From the NCBI RefSeq assembly GCF_001194135.2, contig NC_068982.1, forward strand, positions 78,809,002 to 78,873,001: 64,000 nt of DNA. Reading direction: 5' to 3'. The DNA comes from Octopus bimaculoides (Eukaryota). Of the stretch, positions 1 through 12,035 are shown in pieces. Within the stretch, counting starts at the first letter, position 1, and each line of letters opens with the position of its first letter. The notes under the pieces are model-generated. The model had not been told where the DNA came from. It searched no databases and saw nothing but the letters and a program-made list of their open reading frames with translations. Both the position numbers and the translations under genes were made by a program.

Positions 1-1307
1 CATGGTGTGTAAGATATTTGAGGAAAGATTCATGTTTATAAAAAAAAACATATATAATACCAGATAATAACTTTATTTATCAAAAAATGCTATGAGGATA
101 AAAATAAACCTTCTTTTCTATAATGTTATTCAATAAAGCCACCTTCAGCTTCAACAACTGCTTCTATATGAGATCTAAATCATCTACATACTCGAATCAA
201 GTGNNNNNNNNNNCTTCAACAACTGCTTCTATATGAGATCTAAATCATCTACATACTCGAATCAAGTGGTCCTGGTTCATTTTGGACATTACTCTGACTA
301 TGACAGCTTTCAAAGAATCTTTGGTGTTATGGGTGTGTTCATTGACCTCTCTCTGTCGACAATGTTCCACATGTAATAGTCCAATGGATTGAGATCTGGG
401 GAATTAGGAGACCAAATGTTAAGGGTTATGTGACCATGAAAATTTTCAGCCATCCATTCCTGTGTTAATAGAGCCATGTATGATAGTGCAGAGTCTTACT
501 GAAACACACATGGCCTTCCATTGCATACACTGTCTATCCAGGGACTTAACAATTATTTCCAGGGCCTCAATGTAGGCTGCAGAGTTAACTGTAAGGCCTT
601 GTGGAGAGAAGTAAGGAGGCATCACATGTCCTTCATTGCTGGTAACCCCTAAAATCATGACAATTGTAGGAAATTTTGTATGCATAACACTTGGAACTTC
701 AGAAGGGTCTGCACATAACCATCTGTCATTTCTTCTGTTAACTTTTTGATCTTGGTCGAAGTTTTTCTTGTTTGTGAAAAACCAAGTCAAATCTTCTGCT
801 GGATTTTTCAGTTTGTTTAAGAGCCTTTTAGATCTGATGTAGTGATTTTCTTTTGCCTTTTCTGACAAATTGACCTTTCCTCATCATGTAAGACTTATAT
901 CTCATGTCTTTGTGGACATTCCTTCTGAAACATGGCAATTGACCTCATGGACTTTCTGGTATTGTAATCAATGGTCTGTTGAACTTGCTGGATAATTCCA
1001 GGTGTTCTGATGATTTCAGAGCATTTAGAATGCTTTTTATGCTTTGATACTGGTGATACATTTCTATCTTCAGTCTCTAGCCCCTTACAAACTTTGTAGA
1101 CGAAAGATCTGGCAACTTTTAAAAATCGAGATATTTCTAAATTGCTATGTTCAGCCTTTATAACCACAATAACAGCATGTCTCTTCATTTCTTGAGTAAG
1201 CTGAGGATCTGTCATTATTATTTTCTGAAACAAAGATTATACAGAGTTAGCAAAAAATGCAGCAATGACCCAAAAAAGATATGTCTTCAAATACCTTATG
1301 CACCCTG
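1..1307 (-). mobile_element. Decayed Tc1/mariner element, maT (DD37D)-type, near full length
   Basis: Minus-strand ORFs 895-1233 (HTH-like MKRHAVIVVIKAEHSNLEISRFLKVARSFVYKV) and 446-868 (WFFTNKKNFDQDQKVNRRNDRW...VMILGVTSNEGHVMPP). Imperfect TIRs catggtgtgtaagatatttga (1-21) and tcaaataccttatgcaccctg (1287-1307), followed by TA. Family assigned by similarity to the copy at 48.9 kb. Confidence 0.85.
204..213. other. Assembly gap (10 N) with a 55-bp overlap duplicated on both sides
   Basis: Positions 149-203 are identical to 214-268. Confidence 0.95.
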
Positions 1308-2743
1308 TACATATCTAAATTGATGTACCTGACAGAACAATATAGAGAAAGCAAATGAGACAGACAGGGAACTCAGGATCATATTTGTGTGTGTGTGTGT
1401 GTTTATGTGTATGTGTGTATTCTTTTCATTGCATGTGTGTCCATAAAGAGGCTGTGAAAGCAAGCATGAGAACAGAACATGAAGATGCAAGACCATATTA
1501 TCCAGTGTATCTTTTAATAATGACAGGATGTGACATGAGGAGCAAAGCTGTAAATATCTAGTCTGTATATCAGGCAGTGTTTTTTTATCTTGTTAAATTG
1601 ATTCTAAAACATCTTAAATTATTCCTAAAACCTTCAATTTCTGTTAGACTGCTTCAATTTCTACATCTGAAGTGATTATACCTCACAGAAAATCTATTCC
1701 TCCTTCAGCAACACCCTTAGAACAGGTGAAATCAGTTCTACAGATCAGGTTACTTAATAATTTCCACTTAATGTACTTTGACATTTGAGAATTAACTATT
1801 TTGGCTGTCAATGTAATTAATATAACATCAGAAATGTGACATGACCTTTGAAACATTTCATCGTTGGATTCATACTTTGCCAACTTGGCCAGCTGTGGGC
1901 CTCAATTTTTCATTTTGATCAACGAACTTTAATTCTAATTTTTGTTGAGAGTTGGAAAACATGTTTTGTTTTAATCATTATCCTTGTAGAGCAGCACAAT
2001 GAGCTTAAATGCTTTCCTTGAGCCACACACACATACACATGCACGCACACACGCTCTCGCATGTGACTAGCTTTCTTTTAAATATCATTTTCTTGAAAGA
2101 ACCTTGTATGTATTATCAATAACCTATACTGTTCGCTCTCTCTTTCTCTCAACTTTCTCCCCACTCTTCTCTCTCTCTTACAAAATGCATTTGATTTGTC
2201 AAAATTCAATATTATATTGAGTGTTATGGCATTTTGGCAGACTTGGCAGTGACTAAAGCTATTTGTAGATACTGTGATATGCTGCTATGGATGACTAGAA
2301 ATTCTAGTCAGTTCTGCTTGCAATTTCAATAGCTAGATCAAGAAATAACTGAATAAAATATTGAGTGCTTAAGCAAATGAAGCTAAGTCAGTCAAAATGT
2401 AGAGCAGTGAGAATCCTGACTTATCTTATTGTTAACACTTCTCTTATTATCTTAATCTACTATGGAAATTTTATGTGAGGAGTGCATGTGTCTCAACATG
2501 CTGTGAGTGTAACCCAAAATAGAATTGTTGGAGTGATGCACATTGAATTTGGTTCTAATTAATTGAGATCTGTTGAATTTTTTTAAGGAATTTCAGAGTA
2601 TTGCCGGTTTGCTATTTAACACATGGTTTCTATTGAAGCCTGTTTAGAAATTAATGTTGTATAATCATCATTACCATTGTCATCAATGCATTTTTCATTG
2701 CCACCTCTATTTTGATGTTCGATTTTTTTTCATGTTATGATTA

Positions 2744-3145
2744 GGTACAGGCATGGCTGTGTAGTAAGAAGTTTGCTTCCTTATCATATGGTTTTAGGTT
2801 CAGTCCCACTGTTTGGCACCTTAGGCAAGTGTATTCTACTATAACCTCAGACAGAGCAAGGCCTTGTGAGTGGATTTGGTAGAATGAAACTTAGCCTACC
2901 ATATATGAGTATGTGTATTTGTGCTTCCTTGACATTATATGATAGTTGTAAATAAGTGTCACTGTCATGAAAGCATCACATGATCTTCTGTGAAAATATA
3001 TCCAGCCATGGGGGAAATATTACATTACTGGAAACTGAAGTTTGGTGACAGGATGGGCATCTGACCATAGAAAATCAGCCTCATCAAATTCCATCTGACC
3101 TATGTAAGCATGAAAAGGTGTCATTAAAATTACAATGATGATGAT
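2744..3145 (+). mobile_element. tRNA-headed SINE with (GAT)n tail
   Basis: Head ggcatggctgtgtagtaagaag...ggttcagtcccactg...ggcacctt..gcaagtg (A/B-box-like), shared with the copies at 6968, 7681, 9590 and 33970. Ends in atgatgatgat. Confidence 0.8.
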
Positions 3146-6100
3146 AAATTAGTATTTATCCAGTTGATAATACCATGCCTCCCCTTTCACCTCTCCGTAC
3201 ATTGGCTGAAACACATAATCATTAGATATGAGCCCCATCACTTCTTATGTACACCTTGATTTATCTACATTTAACTCACTGCACCTTCTCACCCAATATA
3301 TATCATATATAATTCTTGCACATATAACATCAATTACCTTTGCTTTGCATGTAGAAATCAACCAATATATCTGATGACACCTCTGCTGCTTCCTTATTGC
3401 AGAAGCATTTAATTTTAGTTATGTATCCAACAGATCCAACTCAATTTCTTCTTCTGTTGCTGCTGCTATTATGAATTCAGTTGCAATAGATATCACTTTT
3501 TGGTTTATCTCTAAATATTTATAAAACTATCAGTTTATCACTGTGATAAATATAAATGAGTAGCTTGTGTATGTAAAAGTCACATTCACTAGTTTGTTTA
3601 TTGATGAATAAGAACTACTCCAGAAGAGAGATGACTGTTCAGTTCTACTTCAACTTTGCCTGCAGTACAAATAGCATGCACCTAATCCAAGTTTGGAACA
3701 CTAATTGAAATGACACTTTGATGGATGATTTTAATTCAAATTTCTTAAAAACCAAAAGATTGTATTATAGAATCAGAAGCAGTCTAGGTAGTTTGGTATC
3801 AAATGCCAAGGTTCATCCAATAATATGTAGCAGGATGTGTAGGGGTGTTCATATATGGCTTACAGTTGTCTTACATATGGAGTATGTGGTGAAGGCATTA
3901 GTGAGGTTCTGTCATTTGCATGGAGAGTGTGCATGATGTTTCAATTTTGTTCTCATTTCTGGTGGTGCTTAAGTGTAGTTCAAATGGTGTAATTGGAGTG
4001 AATAGTGTTCAATCAGTAGTACTTTTTGGAGTGGCTAGCCCAATGGATATATGACAAGGGATGATGTATGAGTCAATACTGGTAATAAATTGGTGTATTT
4101 TAGTGATCTGAATGGTGGGTGGCTGTTGGATGCTATATATGTTTGGTACATGCAATGACGGTGATGGTGTGTGTTAGTAGGGTGGTGTGTTTATGTAGTG
4201 TCATGATTGGGAGTGAATGTTGCATGTCATGGTGTGTAATGTAATTTTTGTAGGATTGTAAGATTTTGGAATGCTTATGAGATAGGATAGGAGAATAAGA
4301 GTGTAAGGTATGGATGAGGCAGAAGGGTTCAGCCAAGTTGAATTTGGAGTTTTTTGCAACAGGTTGAAGACTTTCAGCTTGTGGTATTTTGTGTGTGGGC
4401 AAGAAGATAATGTTTTTTCTCTTTTATTATGTTCACTGCTAATATCACTATATTTAACTTCTCTGTGGTGCAAAGACTGTATCTGCTACCTTGTGTATTG
4501 TACTAATTAGCTTTGTTTATAATGTTCCAGTTATTAAGTATGTTACTTACTCTGAAGTCCTGTAAGCTCCATACAAATTTAATGGTGTTGAATTGTACTT
4601 TATTGCTGAATGAAGTTGTGTGCTGTACAAATCTATTTTTGAACATATTTCCTGTTAAACTAGTATAAATTTTTAGTGTTTCATCAACATTGAAAATGGG
4701 TCTGTATATCAGACCCTTCTAGAGATATGTATTATTTAGAGGATCTACAGTTATGTATCATTTGTGGCAGCATTCTTATTTTTTGCTATGGCCAAATATT
4801 TGTGACCTGTATTAAGTATGTAACTATAACTAACTTCTACTTATTTCTATTTAATATTTTGTGGTATCTGTGTGTTGGTGGGAAGTGGTTGTCAGTTACA
4901 ATGAAAAATGGCTTAGCTGCATTGGTTGTTATACTCTGAGGGATTGAACCACAAGATTTTCCTATGTTTGCATCTCCTAGATCTAGGGTAGGTTCAATGT
5001 TGGTAACTTGTTTTCTCTTTAAAGCCTGCAATACATGTGCCTGTGTATGCCAACTCCATTAATTCAGTAAGAGACAGGCAGAAAGAACTAAAGCAGACCT
5101 GGGGTGGGGGTGGGGGGCATGTCATTGATAAGGTTGCAAATGATGACAAAAAAAAACTTTAACAAACTTGCTGATTGATTGATCAAATGATTAATCAAGC
5201 AATTAGTCAATTAGTTAAATGTTAATGAATTGACTAATGATGATAAAAGAAGTGAAATAGAACCAGTGTGTATGATTATTATTGGCATATTTCCCTTCCC
5301 AAGATACAACAAAATTTTGTTAAGTTATATTCTGAATATCAATTTAGTTACAAAGAAGGTAGTTATTTTACTAAACACCTTCAAATTCTAAATTATTTTT
5401 GAAATTAATTGAAGCTTATAGACTGTGTTTTTCAGTAGAGGTATTGTCTCAAAAGGCTAAGTCACAGAGGTGTCACTGAGCATTGAATATCTAAATCAAA
5501 GTTGACTTCTGTTAGAAGTTGGATTTGTTAATTTTACAGTGTGGCCAGTTCTTACCAGTTATGTTGGCGATTTGTGAGTTAAGTATCATGTCCATGAACT
5601 CAGAGTAATTGATGTGAACCACTAACTTGTACAAATAGCTATGTACTTAATGTAATTTGTTACAATTGAAAACTGCATTTAACTAATTAACTCAAATTTG
5701 AAATGACTTTCATTAAATAGCTTTTATGTTTTTTGGGGTTTTTTTTTCGGTAATAAATTAATTTGATTATCAAACAAAATGTAAGTTGGTAATTTAGTAA
5801 TCAGTTTGTAAACTAAAAGTTACCATAAAATTTGATTTGCTTGTTACTGTTTGAAAGGAAAAATGCTGAATTTAATCTTTTTATATTGATGAGTAGAATA
5901 TAAAAGGCAGGCAAAGGCTTTTTTTTTTAAATCTGAGTTGTTTCTTTTTCATTGTTTTAATGGTCATAATTTTCTTTGATTATCATCACCAGTTCATGTA
6001 TCCAAAATGAATTCTAGCATCAGTTGGTTAGCTCACTGTCCAAGTCTTGTCTTATTGGGACCTACTGCTCTAACTGCTCTCATTGACTGGTGATTGTATG

Positions 6101-6673
6101 TGTCATTTGACTTGGTTTCTACAGCTGGATACCATTCATATTGCCAACACTTCACAGTGTGCATTTTCTTGTAGCACCAACACTAGAGAAGCTGAATAGT
6201 CTTTGGCAAGACTGGACTGCAGGGACCTCACAACCCTATGCATTTTCTACTCATTTACCAGTTAACAGGGAAAGTCCTGTTGTTTATCTTTTTTTGTTCC
6301 AAGAAATACCTAGTCAAGTGGTTATATCAATGAAATTTCTACTTTGTTTCACATTACAGTTTCTGTCTTGAATAAATAACTTTCTATTTGTAAAATTTTA
6401 GCCTGGATTAGATTTTGTCCCAGCTTTGTCATAAGTTTTGTTTATATCCATTAGAAAATCTCTTGATATAACCCAGTTAGTTGTCAGTCTTTCAAAAGTA
6501 AATATAATCTTTGACAAATCTCAATGGTTAAAACCTTATCATTGTTTTGTTTGTAGAGCCATTGTGGCCTTTAATTCCAGTTTTTATTAGATATGTTAAT
6601 TTGTCTAATTGGAACATTAAATATAATTAACCATTAATGTATCTAATATGTAACAATTTTTGCTCTTTTTCAG

Positions 6674-6844
6674 AACAAAGTCGGAGGGACGACTTAGAAG
6701 CATTAGGTCATATGTTTATGTACTTTTTAAGGGGCAGCCTGCCTTGGCAAGGACTTAAAGCAGAAACATTGAAAGAACGATACCAAAGAATTGGAGATAC
6801 AAAGCGAGCAACGTCTATTGAAATTTTATGTGAAAATTTTCCAG
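6674..6844 (+). CDS. CSNK1G: Casein kinase 1 gamma (gilgamesh-like) internal coding exon, kinase subdomains IX-X; 171 nt, phase 1/1
   Basis: Translation [57 protein letters not shown] contains the CK1 signatures SRRDDLE and [21 protein letters not shown] is the gamma-isoform form. Acceptor tgctctttttcag ends at 6673; donor CCAG|gtaatg starts at 6845. Confidence 0.96.
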
Positions 6845-6967
6845 GTAATGAAATTTGTTTCTATCTCCCACCACCCCAGTGGTTTAATAATTGCAATTTC
6901 CCCATTAATTAGTTTCTCTACCTACCTCTGTGGGAAACTATATACTGTAATTGATAATACTTATCAT

Positions 6968-7242
6968 GTGCAGGCATGTCTGTGTGGTTAAGAAGCTTGC
7001 TTTGCAATGTGTTCAGTCTCATTGTGCTATACTTTGGACAAGTGCCTGTTACTATAGACCTGGGTCAACTAATGCCTTGTGGGTGAATTTAGCTGATATA
7101 AACTTTGGAAGCCTGTCGTGTGTGTGTACAAACCAGACTTTAAAAAATAATGCTGACATTGACTTGTTCGACTAAAACCCTTTAAGGCTGTGCCTTAGCA
7201 TGGTTGCAGTCCAATGACTGAAACAAGTAAATTATAAAAGAT
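6968..7242 (+). mobile_element. tRNA-headed SINE with a different 3' end (gactgaaacaagtaaa...aaaga)
   Basis: Same head as the 2744 copy, but the 3' end reads ttcgactaaaaccctttaaggctgtgccttagcatggttgcagtccaatgactgaaacaagtaa. A similar tail fragment lies at ~55570-55620. Confidence 0.8.
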
Positions 7243-7680
7243 AGTGTTCAGATTTTTGTCATTCTAAAGAAAAATATTGTCTGCATTAAGGGATGGTATA
7301 TAATTGGTTTATTTATCTTGTTATGTCAATGAAATTATCTAAATTGTTTGAAATAACAAACCTTCACTTCACATACAAGTGATCATAATTTGGATTAGTT
7401 TTTGCTTGTTTTATTGTATATAGTCTACTGGAATACATCTTATAAATGTTCACTTGTCAAGTCCTGGTGTGACTTCAGATAAACTTTATTTGATTCAATG
7501 TCTTAACTGAAATTCATTTCTGTTCTTTTTGTCATTTTTTTTTTTTTTTTGGTTTAAAAGTTTGTAACATTTACTAAAAATATTTGATAATTTGTGATTT
7601 AATGCCTATATTAAGCTCAAGCATTTTAGCAGAGAATTGTTGTATTTGATAATGTTATCTATTAATCTAATTCTTACCAA

Positions 7681-8073
7681 AGGCATGGTTGAGCAGCTTG
7701 TTTCCCAACTATGTGGTTCAGTTCCACTACTTAGCACCAAGGGCAAGTGTGTTCTACTATAGCCCTGGGTTGACCAAATCCATGTGATTGGATTTGATAG
7801 ATGGAAACTAAAAGAAGCCTGTTGTGTGTATGTGTATTTGTGTGTACCTTTTGTTTTAACATAATGTGATGATTGTAAACAAACAGTACCCTCATCTAAG
7901 CAGTGTTGTTTGTTTCCAGTCTTCTATCAAAAACATGTCTGGCCATGGTGGAAATATCAAGTGAGGATGGCATCAGGAAAAGACTCTGACTGTAGAAAAT
8001 CTGCTTTAATAAATTCTGTTTTACCCAGGTGAGCATAGAAAAGTGAACATTAAACGATGATGGTGATGATGAT
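7681..8073 (+). mobile_element. tRNA-headed SINE with (GAT)n tail
   Basis: Colinear with the 2744 copy through head, body and the tail agcatagaaaagtgaacattaaacgatgatg. Confidence 0.8.
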
Positions 8074-8164
8074 TATTATCTTTGAAACTTCAAATCGTTA
8101 TTCAAAAAAATTTTGGTTTTGTTTTTAGTAGTTTTACTATATTCCATTCCACTGTAGCAATATG

Positions 8165-8204
<40 letters not shown>

Positions 8205-8390
8205 TTAGCGTCTGCTTTCTATGCTGGCATGGGTTAGACGATTTGACTGAAACTAGTAAGCTGTAGGGCCATGCCCAGTTCCAATCTGATTTGGCATGGT
8301 TTCTATGACTGGATGCCCTTCCTAGTGCCAACTACTCCAAGAGTGTAATGGATGCTTCTTACATGCCACTGGCATGGTGCCAGTTACATG
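8165..8390 (-). mobile_element. SINE 3' portion, antisense, starting with (CAT)13
   Basis: The reverse complement carries the recurrent block ggcatccag.catagaaaccatgcca...aacccatgccagcat.gaaa..gac.ttaaa.gatgatgat. The same block recurs at ~10271-10500(-), 24620-24745(+), 39300-39430(+), 44062-44230(-), 48790-48900(+), 51405-51535(+) and 60200-60330(+). Confidence 0.8.
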
Positions 8391-9198
8391 ATAGTGGCCA
8401 CAACTATGATTTCACTTGATGGGTATATCAGCCAAGACATTCTACAACAAACAAGATGAGGACAAATATCCATCAATTGTAAATGTAAAATATACTTCGC
8501 TGAATGTATTGACAATTTAGAGAGAGGGGTGGGGAGAGAGAGGGAGAGAGATTCTGTACTTCTATCTGTTTTACTAATGTTACCCTTTAATGAATGGATG
8601 GGAAAATTCATACACATCATGCATGTTGTTTTGTTGTATATGCTTTGGTTGTATTATTCTCTGCTTAGAACAGTTTCATTATTACCAAGTAAGCTGAATT
8701 TGCTATTTTCAGACATTCTGATCTAGTCTCTTGTATTAATATATCATACCTCTTGTAATTGGAACCATTACAGCTATTTATTTTTAGTTCTAGTTTCTAC
8801 TCTACATAACGACCTGCATAAATTGACATTATTTAGTGAGTGTGAAACAATGACTGCCTCAACCATTTTGTTTTTTCCTGTCTTTGTTCTTCATATAAAT
8901 TCCTTTTTGATGAAACAGATGAGAAGGTTTCTTTTCATAAAAATTTTATCAACAGCTGCTGTAAAAATAGTTCTCAGTTTCTGTGTTAGTGAAAGAGTTT
9001 GACTGAATTTGCTATTGAGGGTGAATTGGGATTCCCTTCATGTACTGAATAAAATATCTTTTGGAGGAAACAATGACTCACAACTAAAATTTCAAATCAA
9101 ACATTAAAGCTGTTTATTATCAAAGCATCATGAAAGAAATGTCTAAACAATTTTAATACTACTGTCCCTTTTCCTCTCTCTCTCTCTCTCTCTCTCTC

Positions 9199-9579
9199 NN
9201 NNNNNNNNNNNNNNNNNNNNNNNNNNNNNNNNNNNNNNNNNNNNNNNNNNNNNNNNNNNNNNNNNNNNNNNNNNNNNNNNNNNNNNNNNNNNNNNNNNNN
9301 NNNNNNNNNNNNNNNNNNNNNNNNNNNNNNNNNNNNNNNNNNNNNNNNNNNNNNNNNNNNNNNNNNNNNNNNNNNNNNNNNNNNNNNNNNNNNNNNNNNN
9401 NNNNNNNNNNNNNNNNNNNNNNNNNNNNNNNNNNNNNNNNNNNNNNNNNNNNNNNNNNNNNNNNNNNNNNNNNNNNNNNNNNNNNNNNNNNNNNNNNNNN
9501 NNNNNNNNNNNNNNNNNNNNNNNNNNNNNNNNNNNNNNNNNNNNNNNNNNNNNNNNNNNNNNNNNNNNNNNNNNNNNNN
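9199..9579. other. Assembly gap between (CT)n and (CA)n
   Basis: N run. The other large gaps are 21107-21607, 38089-38576 and 46348-46679; each abuts a dinucleotide microsatellite on at least one side. Confidence 0.98.
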
Positions 9580-9589
9580 ACACACACAC

Positions 9590-9740
9590 ATGACTGACTT
9601 CTTTCAGTTTCTGTCTACCAAATCCACTCACAAGGATTTGGTTGGCCCAAGGCTACAGTAGAAGGCACTTGCCCAAGGTGTCAAGCAGTGGGACTCAACC
9701 CAGAACCTTGTGGCTGGAAGCATGCTTTGTACGACACGCC
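9590..9740 (-). mobile_element. SINE 5' head, antisense
   Basis: ctttcagtttctgtctaccaaatccactcacaagg...cttgcccaaggtg..agcagtgggact is the reverse complement of the head at 2744 and 7681. Confidence 0.8.
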
Positions 9741-10540
9741 CTCTTTTTTTGATTTCATAAAGTCATTTTGAATGGATTACTTAACCCTTATGTTAAAATG
9801 TATTTCTAACTAAAAAGGCTCAGCTATGAGTTTGAATTAGATTTTAAAATAATGAGAATTTAGCCTGGTTTCATAAAACAATAGTAACTTTTTTGTTAAA
9901 TGCTATATGAAGGAGTAGTGGTGGTCGAAACCCAACTTCACTAAACAAATGGGTTCATACATAAATGTTTATTTCAAATCTACTATAATTACAGATAAAT
10001 TCAATGAAATGTAAATTCATTTAAATATCAAATGAAACCATTTATTAACCAATATTCAATAGGGATACACTACAGAATTATAGTGTGGAAGAAATGCATG
10101 TTATTGGATTTTCAGTGGAGCAGGGGGGAGGGGGCATATAAAACAGGCAGATTAACGCAAAATAAATTTATCCAAATGCCTGAAGAAAACTATAAAATGA
10201 AATATATTAAATTCATGCATATGTAGAAGCATGCACACACGCATAATAATGATGCACTAATACAAGAAGTTCATCATCATTTAATGTTCACATTCTCTGC
10301 TGGCATGGGTTGGATGGTTTGACAGAATCTGATGGGTTTTAGAACTGCTTTGTGCAGTTTTTGTGGCATCGATGCTTATGAGATCGCTATTTCACCTGCA
10401 AGAGTAATATCCCATTTGACGGTAGAGAGGATGGTAGCTTTATGCTATGGGATGAGGGGTTAAAGTGAGGTAGGGTTTTACAACAGGATGCCTTCATCTT
10501 TTTCCATGTTGGGGATATTTTTTTTTTATTCTATGTGTCT

Positions 10541-10742
10541 TTAACCCTTTAGCATTCAGATTGTTTTGTCAAATATAATGCTTATTTATTCACATTGTTT
10601 AGAATTAATCAGGCATTATCTTTGAGATTTTGACAAGGTGTTTGTATATATTTCAAATGATATTGTAGGGTATGTGTAAGAGGTCAGAAACAATAGAACA
10701 TTTGGGCCAGGTATGGCTGGTTTAAATGCTAAAGTGTTATAA
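10541..10742. mobile_element. TTAA/CCC-ended MITE, family B
   Basis: ttaaccctttagcattc ... aatgctaaagtgtta inverted ends. A second diverged copy lies at 17558-17738. Confidence 0.7.
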
Positions 10743-10847
10743 GTGTAGAGTGACAGGTTATAATGTAAACAGTAATTTGTCATTTTGCTCTAGTGCTAAC
10801 AAGTGAAGCTGGGGGATGTTAGCAGTCACACATATTTGCATGTGCAT

Positions 10848-11082
10848 ATCATCATCATCATCACCATTTTGTGTTAGCTTTCCATACTGGTATGGATTGA
10901 ATGATTCAACAGGATCCAATGGGTAGGCGAACCACATCATTTGCATGTGTAATTTAAGGCTTCCATGCTATCTGTCAGAATTATAAATGAACACACTTGC
11001 TCCAGGTACTGCATAGTGGAAGTGAATCTGAAACCATGTGGTTGCAAAAGAAACTGCTTAGTCATGACTGCCCTGCCTGTAC
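10848..11082 (-). mobile_element. Internally deleted SINE, antisense
   Basis: (CAT)n tail on the left; head gaaaccatgtggttgc...gccctgcctgtacc on the right. Confidence 0.65.
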
Positions 11083-11519
11083 CTGTATTTTATAAATATA
11101 AATTATGTAAAGATGATATTATTTTGCATGGAAATTTGTAAAACATTTCACTTTGGATAATGCAACTCTGTGGAATGCACATTGGAAGGTAATTTCAGGT
11201 GACCATTCCATTGGGTGTTTCGGTTTTTTCTTATGTTGGTCATTCTCAGCAGTCTTTTGTGCCATCAAGATGCTTTATGGCAATGGGCACCACTGAGAGG
11301 GATATTCCTCTGGCAGGTTTTTAAAGCTCCCTCCACAAAGTTTCGAAATTTTTTTTTTAGAATGATCTGCTCTCAGGTCAGTTGCTCAGAACTGCAGATA
11401 GTTCTTTACTTTTGAGTCTCTTACAGTCTGGTGTTCATAATTGTCACATTTACCCAGCTATCACCACCACTCAGTTCCCTCTCTACCAGCTTTGTGTGTG
11501 TGTGTGTGGTAGTAGTAGT

Positions 11520-12035
11520 AGCTCATTGTTAATCCATAAGTCTAGCTCATTGTCTCATTCATCAACCTTGATAGCTATCTGCATTGCCTCATTTAGCAGT
11601 CTTGTTCATTGTCTCATTCATCAGTCTCGCTTGTCTTGTTCATCAGTCTTGTTTGTTGTTTTGTTCATCTGTCTCGTTCATCAGTCTTGTTTATTGTCTC
11701 GTTCATCAGTCTCGCTTGTTTTCTTGTTCATCAGTCTCATTTGTCTCATTCATCACTCATGCTCATTGTCTCATTCACCAGTCTCACTTGTCTGGTTCAT
11801 CAGCCTCACTTGTGTTCATCAGCCTCGCTCATTGTGTCGTTCATCAGTCTTACTTGTTGCGTTCATCTGTCTTGTTAGTTGTTGCATTCATCAGTCTCAC
11901 TTGTTTTATTCATCAGTCTCGCTCATTATCTTGTTCATCAGTCTTGCTCAGCTCATTCAACAGTCTCTTCATCAGTCTTGTTTTTTTGTCTCATTCATCA
12001 GTCTTGTTCATTATCTCATTCATCCGGTCTACATC
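11520..12035. repeat. Imperfect minisatellite, ~20 units of 20-25 bp with core TTCATCAGTCT
   Basis: About 20 occurrences of ttcatcagtct or one-base variants, counted by eye. Explains the stop-poor S/L/V/H-rich ORFs at 11382-12102. Confidence 0.9.

Noticed and set aside
1683-1883. 66-aa minus-strand ORF as a retroelement or gene fragment
   Set aside because: No motif could be identified with confidence, and the length is within chance expectation.
2744-2830. tRNA gene
   Set aside because: A/B-box-like motifs are present but there is no cloverleaf. The sequence continues into a SINE body shared by many diverged copies.
5530-5563. ttttacag...gtgagt-bounded 34-nt segment as an upstream exon
   Set aside because: It is not a multiple of 3 and does not encode the expected GTARYMSINTHLGK region.
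9097-9631. ORFs spanning N runs (also at 20976-21669, 37985-38637 and 46284-46741)
   Set aside because: Artefacts of translating assembly gaps and adjacent dinucleotide repeats.
11520-12035. CRISPR-like repeat/spacer pattern
   Set aside because: The core is only 11 bp, the spacers are 9-14 bp and resemble each other, the context is eukaryotic, and there are no cas genes.
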